Source: Cenococcum geophilum
Lineage: Eukaryota
NCBI GenBank assembly: GCA_050273025.1
Contig: CP158635.1
Location: forward strand, 24,986,001 to 25,050,000
Direction: 5' to 3'
DNA length: 64,000 bases
Part shown: positions 1-13,605 of the stretch, in pieces
How the letters are laid out: each line of letters starts with the position of its first letter
Numbering within the stretch: position 1 is the first letter of the stretch
Made by a program: the position numbers and the translations under genes
The notes under the pieces: model-generated
What the model saw: the letters and a program-made list of their open reading frames with translations, nothing else
Databases searched by the model: none
What the model was told of the DNA's origin: nothing

Positions 1-840
1 GTGCTTACTATCTCTTTGCCAGGGAAGCTGGCGTTAACTTCCGGAGAGGGAAGTTCCTAATTAGATGTGTCTGAATTTTAATAGCATTATAAGGGGAGGA
101 TGGAAACTTGGGGGTATATAGAGAATTGTACCCTAGTAGCTAGAGGTACACGTTAACTATAAGTTGCCCTATTGCCCCAACGCCTCGCTAATTTTTCCTG
201 CCTTGTATTCTCCTATACTTACAATATTTACCCTATTTCTATAGTATTAGGCCTAATACTATATAGATCCCACTTTTGTCCTTGCTGGTATTATAGTTCT
301 GATTTCCGTACCCATAGTGATATTTAGCTGTTCTGCTACTACTTAAAATATCTATTTTATAGAGTCTCCGAAGTTCGTTTATTTGTAGCAGCCGCAGGTT
401 TTTCTTATCGCTAGTTATATAGGTTGTTTCTTTACTGTCATTGTGGTAGGTATATTTATATTATTAAATTGGGTAAGGCCTAAGAAGTGGGCCCATTATG
501 GCTTTATAAAGGCTGGCTTAACACTGTTATTATATAGCATACCAGTTCTTAGTCTACTTTTTCCATCGTTATTAATTTGCGAGCTGAGCCTATAAAACTA
601 CTAGGATCTAAGATACTAGCCCTTCTTACGTATAAAGCGTCTAGGTGGGGTAATATATCTCCGTAAACCTGGATTGCTAAACGTAGCGTATTAACTGTAA
701 TGAGTATACAAGCCCGCCTCTGTATCCTTGCATTCCCTATAAGGAGCTATAATATTTACCAATTATAGCTTTTCTAGAATGCGTAGATCGGACAGGGGTG
801 TTAGATGTCTTAGTAGAATAGTAGCTTGCTTTTAATATAT
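1..840 (-). pseudogene. Relic of unknown family, copy 1 of 3, truncated by window start
   Basis: 1-230 aligns by eye with ~36690-36920 and ~48180-48410. De-RIPed family peptide approx. GIQGRENWQGLKAIGQLY...FKIQTHLRI..ELPSPESQRQLPWQRD. Confidence 0.55.
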
Positions 841-1035
841 ACAAAAAGGGGAAGGGTTAGCCGGCTTAGCCTATAATTACACTTACTGTTAAATAGGGTT
901 GAATTTAGATATAATAGAGAGTTCCTCAACCTTAGATTTATTCTGTCAGGTTAAGCAACACTCTATTAGCTCCAATAGAAAATAAAAACTACTCTTTCTT
1001 TTTAACAGCCTCCTAGCCTTTATGCCTCTAATAGG

Positions 1036-4000
1036 ATGCCTTTAAAATCCTCTCTAACGTATATTACTTCTACAGGGGCTCCTAAGGACTTAGGCACGCT
1101 ATAAGCCTTACCAGGCCCTACTAATGCGGAATAGTTGTTGATGTTTTCTCTTGTCGACTAGCACGGCAATTATTTCCTTTATCTAATTATCTTATGCCTT
1201 ATATATAAGGTATAACTAGCTAGACATTTCTGGTGCTTACGTTTACTATATTTAGACGCTGCGAAATACTATATTAAAAGGGTTTAAAAATCCACGAACT
1301 TGTAATACTATTCTGAATTATAAATTCCATTTAGAGGATAGGAAGGGAAGGATTATTCCGCTAAACGCTTAGGGACTATTTACAATAAGGTATATAGAGA
1401 AAAGGAAGTCAGGCAAGGTTATAAGAATTATAGTATCGCCCCTATTTTTCACCCTTGTAGTTAATAATACTCTATTATAGGTTATATTACCTGTAAACTT
1501 ATACTGCCCTATTGAGGTATATTGACTCAAACTCGGTATAAGAGCTATATTTTACCACTATTCTAGGGCATACGCAGGGCCATTCTCTACGCCTTATACT
1601 GGCTCTATAGGGACACGGATATAAACACAATTAGGGCCGTAAAACAAGATCGGTACTAGCTTAAGGATTAATAAGGTGCACTCGTTCTCCTAGTATACTT
1701 TAACTACCTAAGTAGTATAATAGTCAAGTTAATTATATCCAATTCGTGTAATTCTACGTCTCCTACTCTACCTCCTACTCTACCTTCTACGCCAGCTCTA
1801 TCTCGAGCTTCCTTTCCCGCTCCGCACTATCTGCCTTTAATCGTCACTTAGACAGAGATACCAGTTATTGTTGTTAATTAAGGATCATTGCCTAGGATTA
1901 GTGGTTATAGCAGTAGATATATGTTAATTGTAATAGTCGCTAAAGCTGCATCCGAATACTTAGGCGGGGGTCATTATATATAGAAAGAAGAGGCGAAGAC
2001 TCTCCTTAATCGAGCAAAGAATGCTACTAGGTATTGCATTAACGGAATAGATAACACTAATTAAGGCAGCTATAAACTAGGAACTATACGACAGCTTTAG
2101 TTAGTGATTAACCTCTTAGAATAGGTTAAGTGCCAGGGATTGCGCGGTAAACTATTAACCTTTACTTTACCTAGAAATGGCTCAGACTATTATATAATTA
2201 GCATCCTTTTAGAGGAACTAATAGATAACCTTTTTATTATAGATTGTTAGATTCCTTAAGGGGAGTGGCATTAGGGGTCAGATCTATTAAAGTTCCTTAT
2301 AGGAGAAGATAGGAAGATAGCCTTAGAGGAAGACAGGAAGTTAGTCTTAGAGAAAGACGGGGAGTTGGTCTTAGAGGAAGACGGGGAGTTAATCTTAGAG
2401 GATAATCTTAAATAATCTTAGATTTTTAATGCGTATTATTTTACTCCTATTAGAGGTAGAGGAAGACGTGCCCTAAAATAGGTGGTGCGGAGGACATTTA
2501 AGGAGGCTGTAAAGTCTAGGCATACTAATATACCTAAGGCCAGGCAGCTCCTTATTGTACCTATAAAAACTAATCGCTAAATCTAATCTACTTTATTAAA
2601 ATTCCTAGCTATAACCATAGATGCGATTGCGGGACTGTTATAGTAGTCGTAGAGTGCGGTAATTGCTAGGAAGATTGGGGTATGTTAGTCGGGACAAGTA
2701 AGAATAAAAGGAGACATAAAGGAGACGTATATAACCTAACGCATCCTATACTAAAGCATTAGCTACTCCGCTAGCAAACTGTTCCATACTTATAATAACT
2801 TATAGTTAATAAGGTTACACTAATAACCATCCTTAAGTTTATAGTCTGTTACCTTACCCCTTTAAAGTCCAACTATTTTATAACCTAAAAGGAAGAATAG
2901 TACGTCTAGCAGTTAAAGTAGTAGTTTAAATATAGACTAACATTCTATTATAAAGGCGCAGGCTATAGCATCTAAAGACGGTCTCTTAAATACCAATTAT
3001 AAACAGTTCTCTTGCTAGCTCTTTAAGTGTTAACTAGGGGAAATATATAACCTTTTAATAGGGATACTAAATGAAAAGAACCCCTAAAAGGCGCAGGGCC
3101 TTATAACAAGTCTTTTAAAGCTTATTTAGTGCACTTATAGTGAGATTGGTAATAAGACTCCTCTACTTAGGATATAGGTCATAGCGGAAAGCTTTAAAGC
3201 ATATACGGATATTTATAAAGAAGGCTATAACGTAGAGGATACTGGGGGGTTCTTAAGGATTATAGAATACACTCTTAAGGTCGCTATAAACAGAACGCTC
3301 TGCTCTAGCAGTGTTCGCCTAGCTATATTAGATAATCTGCAAGATCTACCACTCGTCTATATAGGAGGGCTCTCTAATTCCCTAGTATTTCAATTATAGC
3401 GGCCAAGCTACAATAAATGCCCTAGGGGCCCCCTAAGATACTTTAAGCTTCAAATTCTTAACACATTCTTAAACCGTAATCCAATTTTTGTTTTAGAGGA
3501 TTTTTATAATCTAAGTGAACAAGAAGAGTTTCCAAAAACCCTTCCCTAGAGATACCTCTACACAAAAAAGGACGGTAGGGTTATTATTAGTATTATAATA
3601 GTAAGCGGCTTAAAAGAAGAGTCCTTATCTAATAGCAATAAAGGTATATACAAACCTCACTTAATATTAAATAATTCGCTAATAAAGTTAACAGCTTATC
3701 TTAAATACCTTAAAGAAGACGTTTAAAGCCTAAGTAAAGACAGAAATATAGGGGCGCTTAAGTTATACCGTATGCAAACCGAAGCTATAAAATCCGAGTA
3801 TATATTATATAGAAGTCTAATACTTTTAACTAACTCAGTATAGGTACTTCAAAGGGAGTAAATTTAAAGTTAATACACTTACCGTACTTGGGACTTATTA
3901 GGCCCGCGGTTATAGGACATCGCTACTAGATATATACGTAAAGCGGGCTAAGTCTTATTCTAGCAGCATAGCTAAATCATTTACACCTTAGAGCAAAAAT

Positions 4001-4520
4001 ATTGCTAGGAGGGCTAGGTTTAATATTAAGGATTGCCCTATAAAACATAGAGATTCGTCTTTTATTATAGCTCTTAGCATTTATCCGGATAATCGCGATA
4101 CGGTAAATATAGGGGGCCTAGCGCAGGGTAGATCTTATTTTTATTAAGCGCTAATATATATAAAACAATAAGTAGGCGTAAAAATTATTGCAAATCAACT
4201 AGCTCTACTTATCCCCTATATTTAAATTCGCTGCTATTTTTAATTTAATAAATTGCGGTAGTATAAGCTTGAAATCCCTGGTAACTTTATATTTTCTAAT
4301 AGTGTATACCAAACTACGAAGGGTACCGCGCGGCAGTGTTATCCCAGAAGAATAACCATAAAGTAGTATAATTATCTTTAGGTTGTCCAGTATTATATAT
4401 TATCGCTTTCCCAAGTTTCCAGCCAGAGATAGTGGCCGCTTTAAGGTAGACATTAAAGTTTCAGATGCGGTAGTTAAGGAAAGGCTAGATATTTATGCGC
4501 CGTTTAGTAAGTAGGAGGAT
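1036..4520 (+). pseudogene. Large multi-exon protein with C-terminal GNAT N-acetyltransferase domain (RIP pseudogene)
   Basis: ATG at 1036; long frames broken mainly by TAA/TAG. After an acceptor AG at 3843: FKVNTLTVLGTY*ARGYRTSLLDIYVKRAK...SKNIARRARF, de-RIPed FEVDTLAVLGTHQARGHGTSLL...ARRAGF, matching GNAT motif A (QxRGxG) and a motif-B-like GF. Confidence 0.6.
2305..2400 (+). repeat. 24-bp in-frame tandem repeat x4 (EDGELVLE)
   Basis: gaagacggggagttggtcttagag-like unit repeated four times. Confidence 0.9.
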
Positions 4521-5069
4521 AGGTTAGAAGATAATAAAAGCGATAAGCCGCTTTGTTACCTAAAGGTATCAGCATAGGTCTTCTAAATGTTTTATATAAT
4601 ACTTACTTTACTCCGTGTATAATAAAGCCAAGTTATAATAAAAAGTGTTATTATTTAGATTTTTAAGAAATAGACAAATCTAGTTGCTTAAGGGCGTAAT
4701 ATATAGGCTAAGCGTTGTAAAGGGGTACTTATCCTGTTTCTAAAGTTAGAACAACTTGGCGTGTTTAATTATCTAGGTATTTAATATATGCCTACGTTCT
4801 AAGCTCTAGATTGTGCCGTCTCCTTTAGTCACCTTTAGAGCTGGGCCGTAATCTACTTTTAAAGCAATAAAAGGAGGTACATAGGCTCTTTAGTAGGGAG
4901 ACTTACTAGACAAAAACTAGAAGAGATAGTTTAAAGACAAAAGCTTAAAGGTATATAATTAATGGCGGAAATTAAAGCCTAGGCAGATACTAAGACGTAA
5001 ATGTAAGGGGTATAGAATATAATGTAGGAGGGAATATAATAGTTTAAATAGAGATAATGCCCCTATCAA

Positions 5070-5900
5070 ATTTTCAGCTATGGAGCCCCCCTTTAGCGTC
5101 TCACAGCCACTAGTATGAGTTTGGCTAATACTAATGCACCTACTTCTCTTACTCCGCCTTATAAATAGGGAATCTTAGTTCGTGCTATATAGGGACTAAA
5201 GGAATAATAGGCTAGTAAAAGGGCTAATATAGATACCGTCCAACTAATTATAAGGGGAAGTCCATTCTATAAGTAATAATCCCAAACAATAGACTTCTAG
5301 ACATTTCAGCTAGATAAATACTTTAAATCCTCCGTAGTTTAAGAGGTGGACAATAGATCTAATACTACTCTTATATACCAATCTTCCTATTATAGTAGGG
5401 AGGGTAAACACGGCGCTATAGATATAAGATCTATTTAAATGCCGCAAGGGACAGAGCCAGTAGGTTGACGACTGCCTATAGCGCCCGCTATCCGTTTAAG
5501 GACGATTTCCATTAAGTTTGGCAAGGTATAACCTATTAGAATGTATGCAAAAGGACAAGGCAGACTTTAATAGGTTGCTAAGGCTAGCCAGGAGATCGGT
5601 TAATGGCAGCCAATACAGCTATTAAACTCTGTGCGAGCAGCAAGGTAGCGGCGGCCTACGCTCCTTTTACGTATATACTAGTCAAAATGGAGGCGCATTA
5701 ATTATTAAGCTGGAAATATTGGTACTATATAGCTATATTATTGATATAGCTGCTAAGACTAGCTATCTTTTATAGCTCTAGCGCCGAATTTGTGCTCTAG
5801 CTTTTATATAGCTTAATTTCTGGCCCTTTCTAGAGTAACTAAAGCTAATGCCGAAAAGTTAGGCCTAATAGTAAAACCCTAATCCTAGAAAAGCATGACA
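5070..5900 (-). pseudogene. Unknown protein relic
   Basis: Minus frames with RIP-type stops (e.g. ...ALVTLERARN*AI*KLEHKFGARAIKDS...); no family recognised. Confidence 0.3.
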
Positions 5901-6449
5901 ATAACTAAGGCGTGTATTTAATTAAAATAGTTAAAAGTAATAAAGGTAAAGCCGGAGCAAAATATATAGAGAAAATTTAGAGGAGAGGGGCCGTAGGAGT
6001 AGGAGAGAAGGGATTATTTAAAAGACCGCTATATACCTGTAAGTATTATTAATATAAAATCTTAAAGTAGTAGTTAGGGCAGTAAATGTTATTAATTGGC
6101 CTTATAAAGCAATGCGGCTAGGGAAGAGATAAGGGAAAGTTTAGGGGGGAGATAGTAGTAGCGGGAAGCGCGATAGAGCTTAGGGTATTAATATTAGGTT
6201 AAAAGATAAGGGCGCGCTAAACCGTAAAAGGGCAGTTTACGTAATACGTAACCACGACAATTAGCTAAGCCGTACGACGCTCTTATACCTTAAATAGATT
6301 ATTAGGACCAAATACTGCCACTAAGGCATTCTCTTAAGGTAAAAGCAATAGTCGCTAATATAAGTATAACCTATCTACTATTTATTCGCTAAAGTAATTT
6401 AAAGACTAACTCCTAGCGTCCTATAATCTAATAGGAATAACAGCTGCTT

Positions 6450-7750
6450 AAATACCTACTATTTACTAAAACTTACCGCTTATCTCTTAATAAACTATTA
6501 TAGTATTTAATAAAACTTATAGCAACCTAGACTTTTGGGTTAGATAGTTTATACTATATTAGGAGGATATATTATACCTTATCTCCCTTAAGATATATTC
6601 TAAATATAACCTTAACTAATGGTTTTATAGCGTCCTCTATTATTTTAACCCTTTGCTTTAGGGTTTTACCTCATTTCTATAGTTGCCACTCTGTTAACCA
6701 AATTAAAAAAATAGTTTGGAGGGTATACATACCTATAAAGCTGCAAGCTCCGCCTCTATACTCTCTAGTTTCTCCACCCTTTACTATAAGGCTGCCCTTT
6801 CCTTCTGCGGTTACCGCTTATTAGATAAGGAAAACACTTTACAGGGGTATATATACCCTTTTAACCGCTAACTTATCCTCTAGACTTTCTATATATAGAG
6901 TGGGAGCATATAACTCTTAATCTTGATTTTTAGAAGTTTAACTAGATGCCTTACTATTCCCACCAATATTAGGGTATAAGAAGTTCCGCGTAATTAAGCC
7001 GTTAATAGATGTATTCTATAATAAACAAGTTAGGGAGTCGCTTAGAGGATTTAGGGGGGCAAGGAGATATTAAAACACTTACTAATATTAATAACTGATG
7101 ATATTTTCTACATCGGTGACATATATAGGTGCATTACTATTATTAGAAGACGGTTAGAAAGCCATTTTATAAATTAAAAGGTTAATGGAATTGCTAAGAG
7201 CTAGTTAAGTACTAAGCGTGGCGTTATATATTTAGTAGCTGCCCCTTAAGTGTTTAATTGTTTGATAAGAGCTTCCCTTATAACATTTTTATAAATAAGT
7301 AATACAGGTTATTAAACAAATGTTATAAACCCCTAGTATAGAAGCAACGATATAAACAGCTAAAAAATATTTAGTAATATAAAATAGCGTAATTAACGGG
7401 CGTCGCTTAGTGTTAGGTAATAGTACACAATTACCAATTCTCCCTTAATATCCTACTCTGCGCCACCACGTCTAATATACAGTGGAGGTACTTCGTAAAG
7501 TGTAAAAAAGCTTTAGTAGGGGGCCGGCGTTAATGTAATGTAGGTTAGATGGAGTCTGCGCTTATAAATAGGGGATAATCTTAGCTATAAGGGATCTAGC
7601 TAATTTAGCCCGGCTTGTATAATCCTAGCCTATACGCGGTATAGTCGTAGTCCGTAACTACCTAAGAGAAAACCTTTACTAGCTTGGAGGAGCTAACCCT
7701 TATAAGGCCCATTAAACAAGCTTTAGAACTAAATTATAAAGCTTGCCATG
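6450..7750 (-). pseudogene. Unknown multi-exon protein relic with short coiled-coil
   Basis: Minus-strand peptides CTYICHRCRKYHQLL and KERAAL**RVEKLESIEAELAAL; intron-like signals. Confidence 0.35.
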
Positions 7751-7759
7751 CTTATTATC

Positions 7760-7862
7760 TTAGGTAGAGGGGTAGGTAAGGCGAGTGAGGTGGATAAAGT
7801 AGATGAGGTAGGTAAGGCGGGTAAGTGGGTAAGTAGGTAAGTGGGTAAGTAGGCGAGGTAGT
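7760..7862. repeat. Low-complexity (G/A)GGTAAGT-type array
   Basis: ggtaagtgggtaagtaggtaagtgggtaagtagg between two divergently oriented relics. Confidence 0.75.
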
Positions 7863-8014
7863 TACAGCCATTCCTATCTTATTAGCTTGTTAATAATATA
7901 GAGATTTTTAGGGATTTTGCTATGAGAATATACCTAAAAGCATATATATTAGCCCGAAAATAGTTAACCACCCAGATCCAATTTTCACTACATTCTATAG
8001 GTAAGTTTATAGCT

Positions 8015-8890
8015 ATGGAATTTAATATAAAGAAAGACTTACTTATAATTAGGAGCTATAACTTTAACATTATCACCATCCATACTAGTGGCGCAGGCGA
8101 TAATAATATAAAATTATATACCCCGCGCACGCTTTTATATAGTATTAGTAATCGCTTTCTTAACAAGCTGACCAGGAGCCCCAAAAAGCTTAAAATAAGT
8201 AACTTAAATTACAAGAACTACCCTTTATACCTTTTAGTTGCTTTCTTTAACTAGATTTTTTATAGCAAACTATACCTAGGCGAAAGATACATCCATAATG
8301 ACTATATAGGCTATATTATACACATCTATAAGTTTATAAGGGAGGATATTGCCTATTTAAGACTATAAGACTGTGCACTAAGGACCTTAGTTAGGTTTGG
8401 GGAATATATCAAAAATGTTAAAAGTTTGTTAGTGACCGTATCCTATACCTTTTTCCCCCTAGATTCCGGAGATGCGGTATTAGATTTTCTTAATAAATCT
8501 CCGCTTTTTAGAATTATAGCAATAATTACCGCCTACCGTCTTCTAGAACTTAATCCTAACGCTATAAAAGCCAACGTATCGGAACTTAATATTGAATTTA
8601 TAGCTCTAGAAGGTAAATATATAGGTGAGTTCCTATTTATAAATAGTCCTATTAAGATTCGGTCTAGCTTCTATAAGGCAGTTACTAGAAAGATAAACGA
8701 GATAGGAGTTCCGCTAAAATACCCTAGGTTTAAAGGAAGCTAAAGGTACCTTAAGTATAAAACTTAAAGGCAAGCTAGATTAATTTAGTGTTATTAGCGT
8801 CTAGCCTAGTTCTAGCAAATTACGATTATAGCTAATACACCTCCTATACGGCTGTGCTCGACAATAAAGACACTTACTTTAAATCGTATA
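8015..8890 (+). pseudogene. BTB/POZ-like domain protein (RIP pseudogene)
   Basis: ORFs 8015-8254 and 8426-8743 share one frame joined through RIP stops: IITIHT...KLYTPRTLLYSISNRF...LLVAFFN(W)IFYSKLY...IHIYKF...LRL(Q)DCAL resembles the fungal BTB pattern. Confidence 0.55.
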
Positions 8891-9099
8891 GATTAAATTT
8901 AGTGGATATAGAATATTTATATCTTAGCATTTAACACATTAGAGATAATTAAGTAGTGCGCGGTAAATAGGTAGAGTTTAGCATGCTATAGACTAGCAAG
9001 TATAGTGTGATTAAACGTTACGTTAATTAAGAGTGTCTCTATGAAAATTTTATAGCCCTAGACTAGAGTAAAATGGCCATTTACTATATTATATACAGC

Positions 9100-10150
9100 C
9101 GCTATTAACACCTCTTAACTTGTAAGCTAAGTGCTACTTCTATTTATCTACAATATTAATATCTATACAGGAGGTGTAGAACTACTTAAGTTAGCTTAAA
9201 ACTAAATAGGCCTATAAATCTTACCTAAACCGCGTTAGTATGTGGTCTATATTGACCTAAGAAATCCTAAAGCCAATATACTCTATATACGCTCCCAACT
9301 TAAACATCGTAAGGTATTCTAAATAAACACTAGTAAGGCCTGTTACTACTATTACTACTATATATTCCTTTATTAAATAGGCTAATATTTAACACTCCGC
9401 GCTTTTAGTAAGTAATTTAATAAAAAGGAGGAATTCTTACCTCTCCCTCTTAGTAATACGTTTAGTTTCCCTTGATTTGCTTTTTATGTTTACACCTTAT
9501 TCCATAAGGTAGTATCCTACCCACTAAAACTGCCGTCTATACTTTTAGGCCAATAACTTCCAAACTAGTATATGTTGCCTATAATACTATCCTATACTTT
9601 TAGAGCAGATATTACACCGTTCTCTTAATAGTAAGCATTAATAGGAGAGCTAGGGGCAGCCTAAAGTCTTAAATACCCTTCTATCTAGCACTATTATTCT
9701 TAAAATGCACTATAGAAGGATTCTAAAGAGTTAAAACTAAGTATAGCATAAAACTCTTAAATACCAGCTACTCTAAAATTAGCCTGTTAGTTTAAAATAT
9801 ATAAAAAAGAGTAGTCTTTACTATAATTGCGCGTATATCCTATATCCCCTATAAGATTGCCCTACTTATTTACTTTTAAAATAAAAATAATCTATAAAAT
9901 AAAAAGTTAGATATGCTTTATAGGTGGGGGCTCTTTTACTTTACTAACAAAGAGCTATAAACTTGCATAATATTGTAGAGTAAAAAGTAAATAATAGCCT
10001 TTATTTTAAGGGATTAATTATAACGGTTATTTATAACTAAACTAATATATATAGCTCTTAAAAGAGAGTACCTGTATAAAAGAGGTGGAAGGAACAAATT
10101 TGAGGGTTGGTTGGGTAAACTCTAATAGCGCATCGGCTATGGAGAATTCG
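9100..10150 (-). pseudogene. Unknown protein relic
   Basis: Minus frame NFRVAGI*EFYAILSFNSLESFYSAF*E**C*IEGYLRL*AAPSSP with a gtaaga donor near 9440. Confidence 0.3.
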
Positions 10151-10399
10151 GAAGTATAAAATCAATAATAGAATAAGGGATTTCGCTATTAATAATAATG
10201 TCTAGTAAAAATAAGTACTCTAAGCCATAGCTAAGGGACCTAGGTAGCTATTAAATTAGTAAGTTAATAGTTACTAAGAAAGAATATAGCCTCTAGCGCA
10301 GCTAACTTACGCTTTACTTTAGTTTTAAGAAAGATACCTACTAGAATTATAAATCTCTGCCGACTAAATCTTCTCTAATTTTATCTAGTTTTCCTAGGG

Positions 10400-11100
10400 G
10401 AATAAAGTGGAATTATCTTTAAAGTATAACCTAGGATTAATTTGCATTAATCTAAAGGCTATATAATATAAGATTTCATTTGCTATTTATACAATTTCCC
10501 ATTAGGAAGCAGTTAACTGTATTATTTAATCCTCTATACTAATACTACTCAAACAAGTCTGCTCTTACCAACTTAATATCTACACTAGTATTATATAAGC
10601 TTATATAAAAGAACCCTTTTAATATCTTTATACAATTTCTTTCTTTCGGTAGGCTATAGTTGTTAACTACTATCTTCCCTAACTCCTCTAACTTCTATTG
10701 CTCTCTAATAAGACCCTTATAACTAGGCTAGGACTTTGCCTAGCATATCTCCATAGTTATTGTCTCTTCAATCCTTAGTTTTTCTTAGATTGTATATTAC
10801 CGCTTCCAGTTATTTAAGGTAGCATTTTTATTTGGCGTCTTCTATAACGTTTCTAGGTCCATTATAATCGTTTTATAGCCTACTCTTAAGAATTCATATC
10901 TACTAAGAGGAAGATAGCTTAACGTCTTTCGTTAAACCTTTACGGAATAAAAGGGTTCAAATATAGTCTTTCGTTCTTTAAGTATAGTGCGGATATAAAG
11001 ATCTCCTAGGTTCTTTTTATATCGTTAGTATAATAAATATTTAAGCAACGGAAGTATTAATAACCTAAAGACGTTAGTTTTGCGATTTCATCGTACTTAT
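10400..11100 (-). pseudogene. Unknown protein relic
   Basis: Minus frame EDAK*KCYLK*LEAVIYNLRKLRIEE...KLEELGKIVV; branch site near 11025. Confidence 0.3.
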
Positions 11101-11599
11101 TAGATTTCTATCATTTTATTAAAAATAAATATTGGAATGTATATTGCGCGGTCGCGTGTATTTAATTAGTTACCCTTATAGTGACTTATCAGCCCCCTAC
11201 TTAAGCACTGCGATCCTTACAATCCTCTACTTTTAATACCTATTTATAATACTATTAAAACAAGAGTATACTCTTAATAGGCCACCCCCCTATAAAACCG
11301 ATAATAAATATTAACGGGTATAGAGTATTTATACTACTAAGTAGGAAAACCTGCAAACGTAGTCTAGGGAATCCGGAAATAGAGTTGAGAATTTAATAAG
11401 ATTAACAGAATTGGTAAAAATTATAGTTATACTACACCTTTCTTATTACGCCTCCTGCTTTATAAAATACCCTACGCTAAATACATGTAGAAATAATAGG
11501 CTATATGGAAATCCCACACTAAACAAGTTATAGATAAGAAATCAAAATAATAAATTAGGCAGGGGTGCACATTTCCTGCCTAATTATATATATAAAAAA

Positions 11600-13260
11600 A
11601 AGGTCACCTAATATTTATAGCGTCATAATCTATACACTTATTCGCTTCTTTAAGTTATTATTATTATCTCCGCTACTTCCCTTTAGATAGGAAATTAGAG
11701 GCGCCCCTATATATACAATTTCTCCTTAGTTACGCGTCTAGGATAAGCAGGAAATATAGAGGTATAGGCGAAAATAGAGTTAGAAAACGTCGGGGCTATA
11801 ATCCGCCTAGAGATTAACGTCTTGCTAAGTTGTAATGTTTGAGAAATTTGCTATACGTGCCGCCCGTGAAGATCTACACTTAAATAGCATATTCCGCGCG
11901 TCTAACTTTAAGCTCGTCCTTAGAAAGGCTTTATAAAGCTATCCACCTATCTACCTCTTAAGTATTCTATAATTTCGTTTATAAGTTATAAAGGAGTAGA
12001 TTATCCTCTTGGAGTTATAGTAATTTGCATTATATAGCTATAATAGTACGGTCTCTCCCTCGGCTATCCTTAAGGATTTTAATATATCTTATATGGCTCG
12101 TGCCCCTTAAAGCTTAATATAGAACAATAATTTCTTCTAATTTCAGCCACTTTTTGCCTAGTATAGTGGTAGTAAAGATAATAAAGATAAAATTAAACTT
12201 TAAGCTACCCAGCCTAACCTTTATATACGAATTGGAAGTTACTACCCGCCCTAGGGTTAGCTATTTAAACGTCTCTAAAATGCGTATAACGGATAACCTA
12301 TTAATTACCCTACGTGAACCTACCAGAACTAGCTTTACTAATTTAGTCGGTAATGTCTAATATCGCGGCGTGAACCTCAAGTATCTAGGGTAGGAGCTCG
12401 TCGATATATCCTTTAGTTTCTACTATATACCTTTTAATTTACTCTAACTTGTCCATAATAGAAAGCCGAAGTTACTTTACTTGCTCCTATAAGCCTTTTA
12501 GCTAAATAGGGACGTCTTATAAGACTACTAGCGATTTATCTATAGGCTGTGTAACCTACGTCTGCGTTAGTAAGTTATTAGTGCCATTAATATCTAATAA
12601 GTTAGGCTCATTCTATCGAAGCCCCCCGTCCTTGTTAACTGTGCTATAATACTAATCTAGTATAATAGGATGTCCGCCTAAGCCTTTAAGCCATATTTCT
12701 AGATTGCTCTCTTTCTACTGCATATTCGTAATATATATAGGTAAATTCTCTAGGGGCTTTAATTTAGGCTCCTGTATCGTTCCAAGTTTTAAAATCTCCG
12801 GAAAAAGAGCGTCCTAATCTTTAAAAAAGATATTATTATCTATACTCTCTATTACTTTAAGAGCAGTAGGAACGCTTTTATATTACCAAAATTAATAATA
12901 TATTACCCCTCTGGACCTACTTATATATAATATCCCTAACCAATATCTTTCGTAGCTAGTTGCGTACGTAATTCGCTCTGTTCTAAATAGAGATATATAA
13001 ACCCCTATAAGTAGCAGTAATAAATTACTATCGCGTATAAAAGCGGAGTTCCCTATAAAGAGGGTAAAGAGCGGCAGTGCTATTAAATACCAAATAATAA
13101 TGCCGGGTGGGTAAATGTGCTAGGTAAGTAAATATTTATGCTAGGTAAGTAAATATTTATACTAGGTAGGTGAATATTTATACTAGGTGGATTAAGCAGT
13201 ATAGTGGGTGGATAAAGTTGCATACTAGGTAAAGGCGTTATAACAGTAATTAGTGACGGA
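11600..13260 (-). pseudogene. Unknown relic plus upstream region; inverted paralog of ~20830-21800
   Basis: Reverse complement (gaatttacctatatatattacgaatatgcagtagaaagagagcaatctagaaatatggc) matches 21135-21195 (gatttacctacatatatcgcgaatatatagtaggaagaggacaacctagaaacatggc). Confidence 0.55.
13118..13190. repeat. 21-bp tandem repeat x3.5
   Basis: Unit tgctaggtaagtaaatattta. Confidence 0.85.
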
Positions 13261-13605
13261 AATGGATAGTATAATAGATTTTACCTCTTTTACTCCATCT
13301 AACTTAATTCAGCGTTTAAGTACGTTTTACGAATTAAGATAGCCTATATAATTTAAGTCGGATGCCTACCTTAAGGTACCTGCAATATACCGTACGGGGA
13401 AATCTAAAGCGTACTAGATTTAAAAGGTGGCTTTCCTTAACGTGCTAAATGTTCTTATAAAGGAATAAAGTAGGCCAGCTGTATAGCTCTTATGTTAGTC
13501 ACCACTTATCACTCCTAGCTTTACTACTCTACAGCTCTTTTATTTATCAATCTTCCGATCTTATTAGCCTATCCTCTTTACGCTAGTTATACCTCCGCAT
13601 TTTAG

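Noticed and set aside
5070..5900. Ferric reductase-like membrane protein
   Set aside because: Hydrophobic-looking stretches exist, but I found no heme-binding His, FAD or NAD motifs; RIP inflates I/L/Y content.
11553..11585. Hairpin aattaggcagg...cctgcctaatt as a terminator or Helitron 3' end
   Set aside because: The 11-bp stem is real but isolated, with no convincing CTRR end or second copy.
11850..11885. LHGRH peptide suggesting DUF3723
   Set aside because: Only five residues match, the frame is ambiguous and I recognise no flanking DUF3723 motifs.
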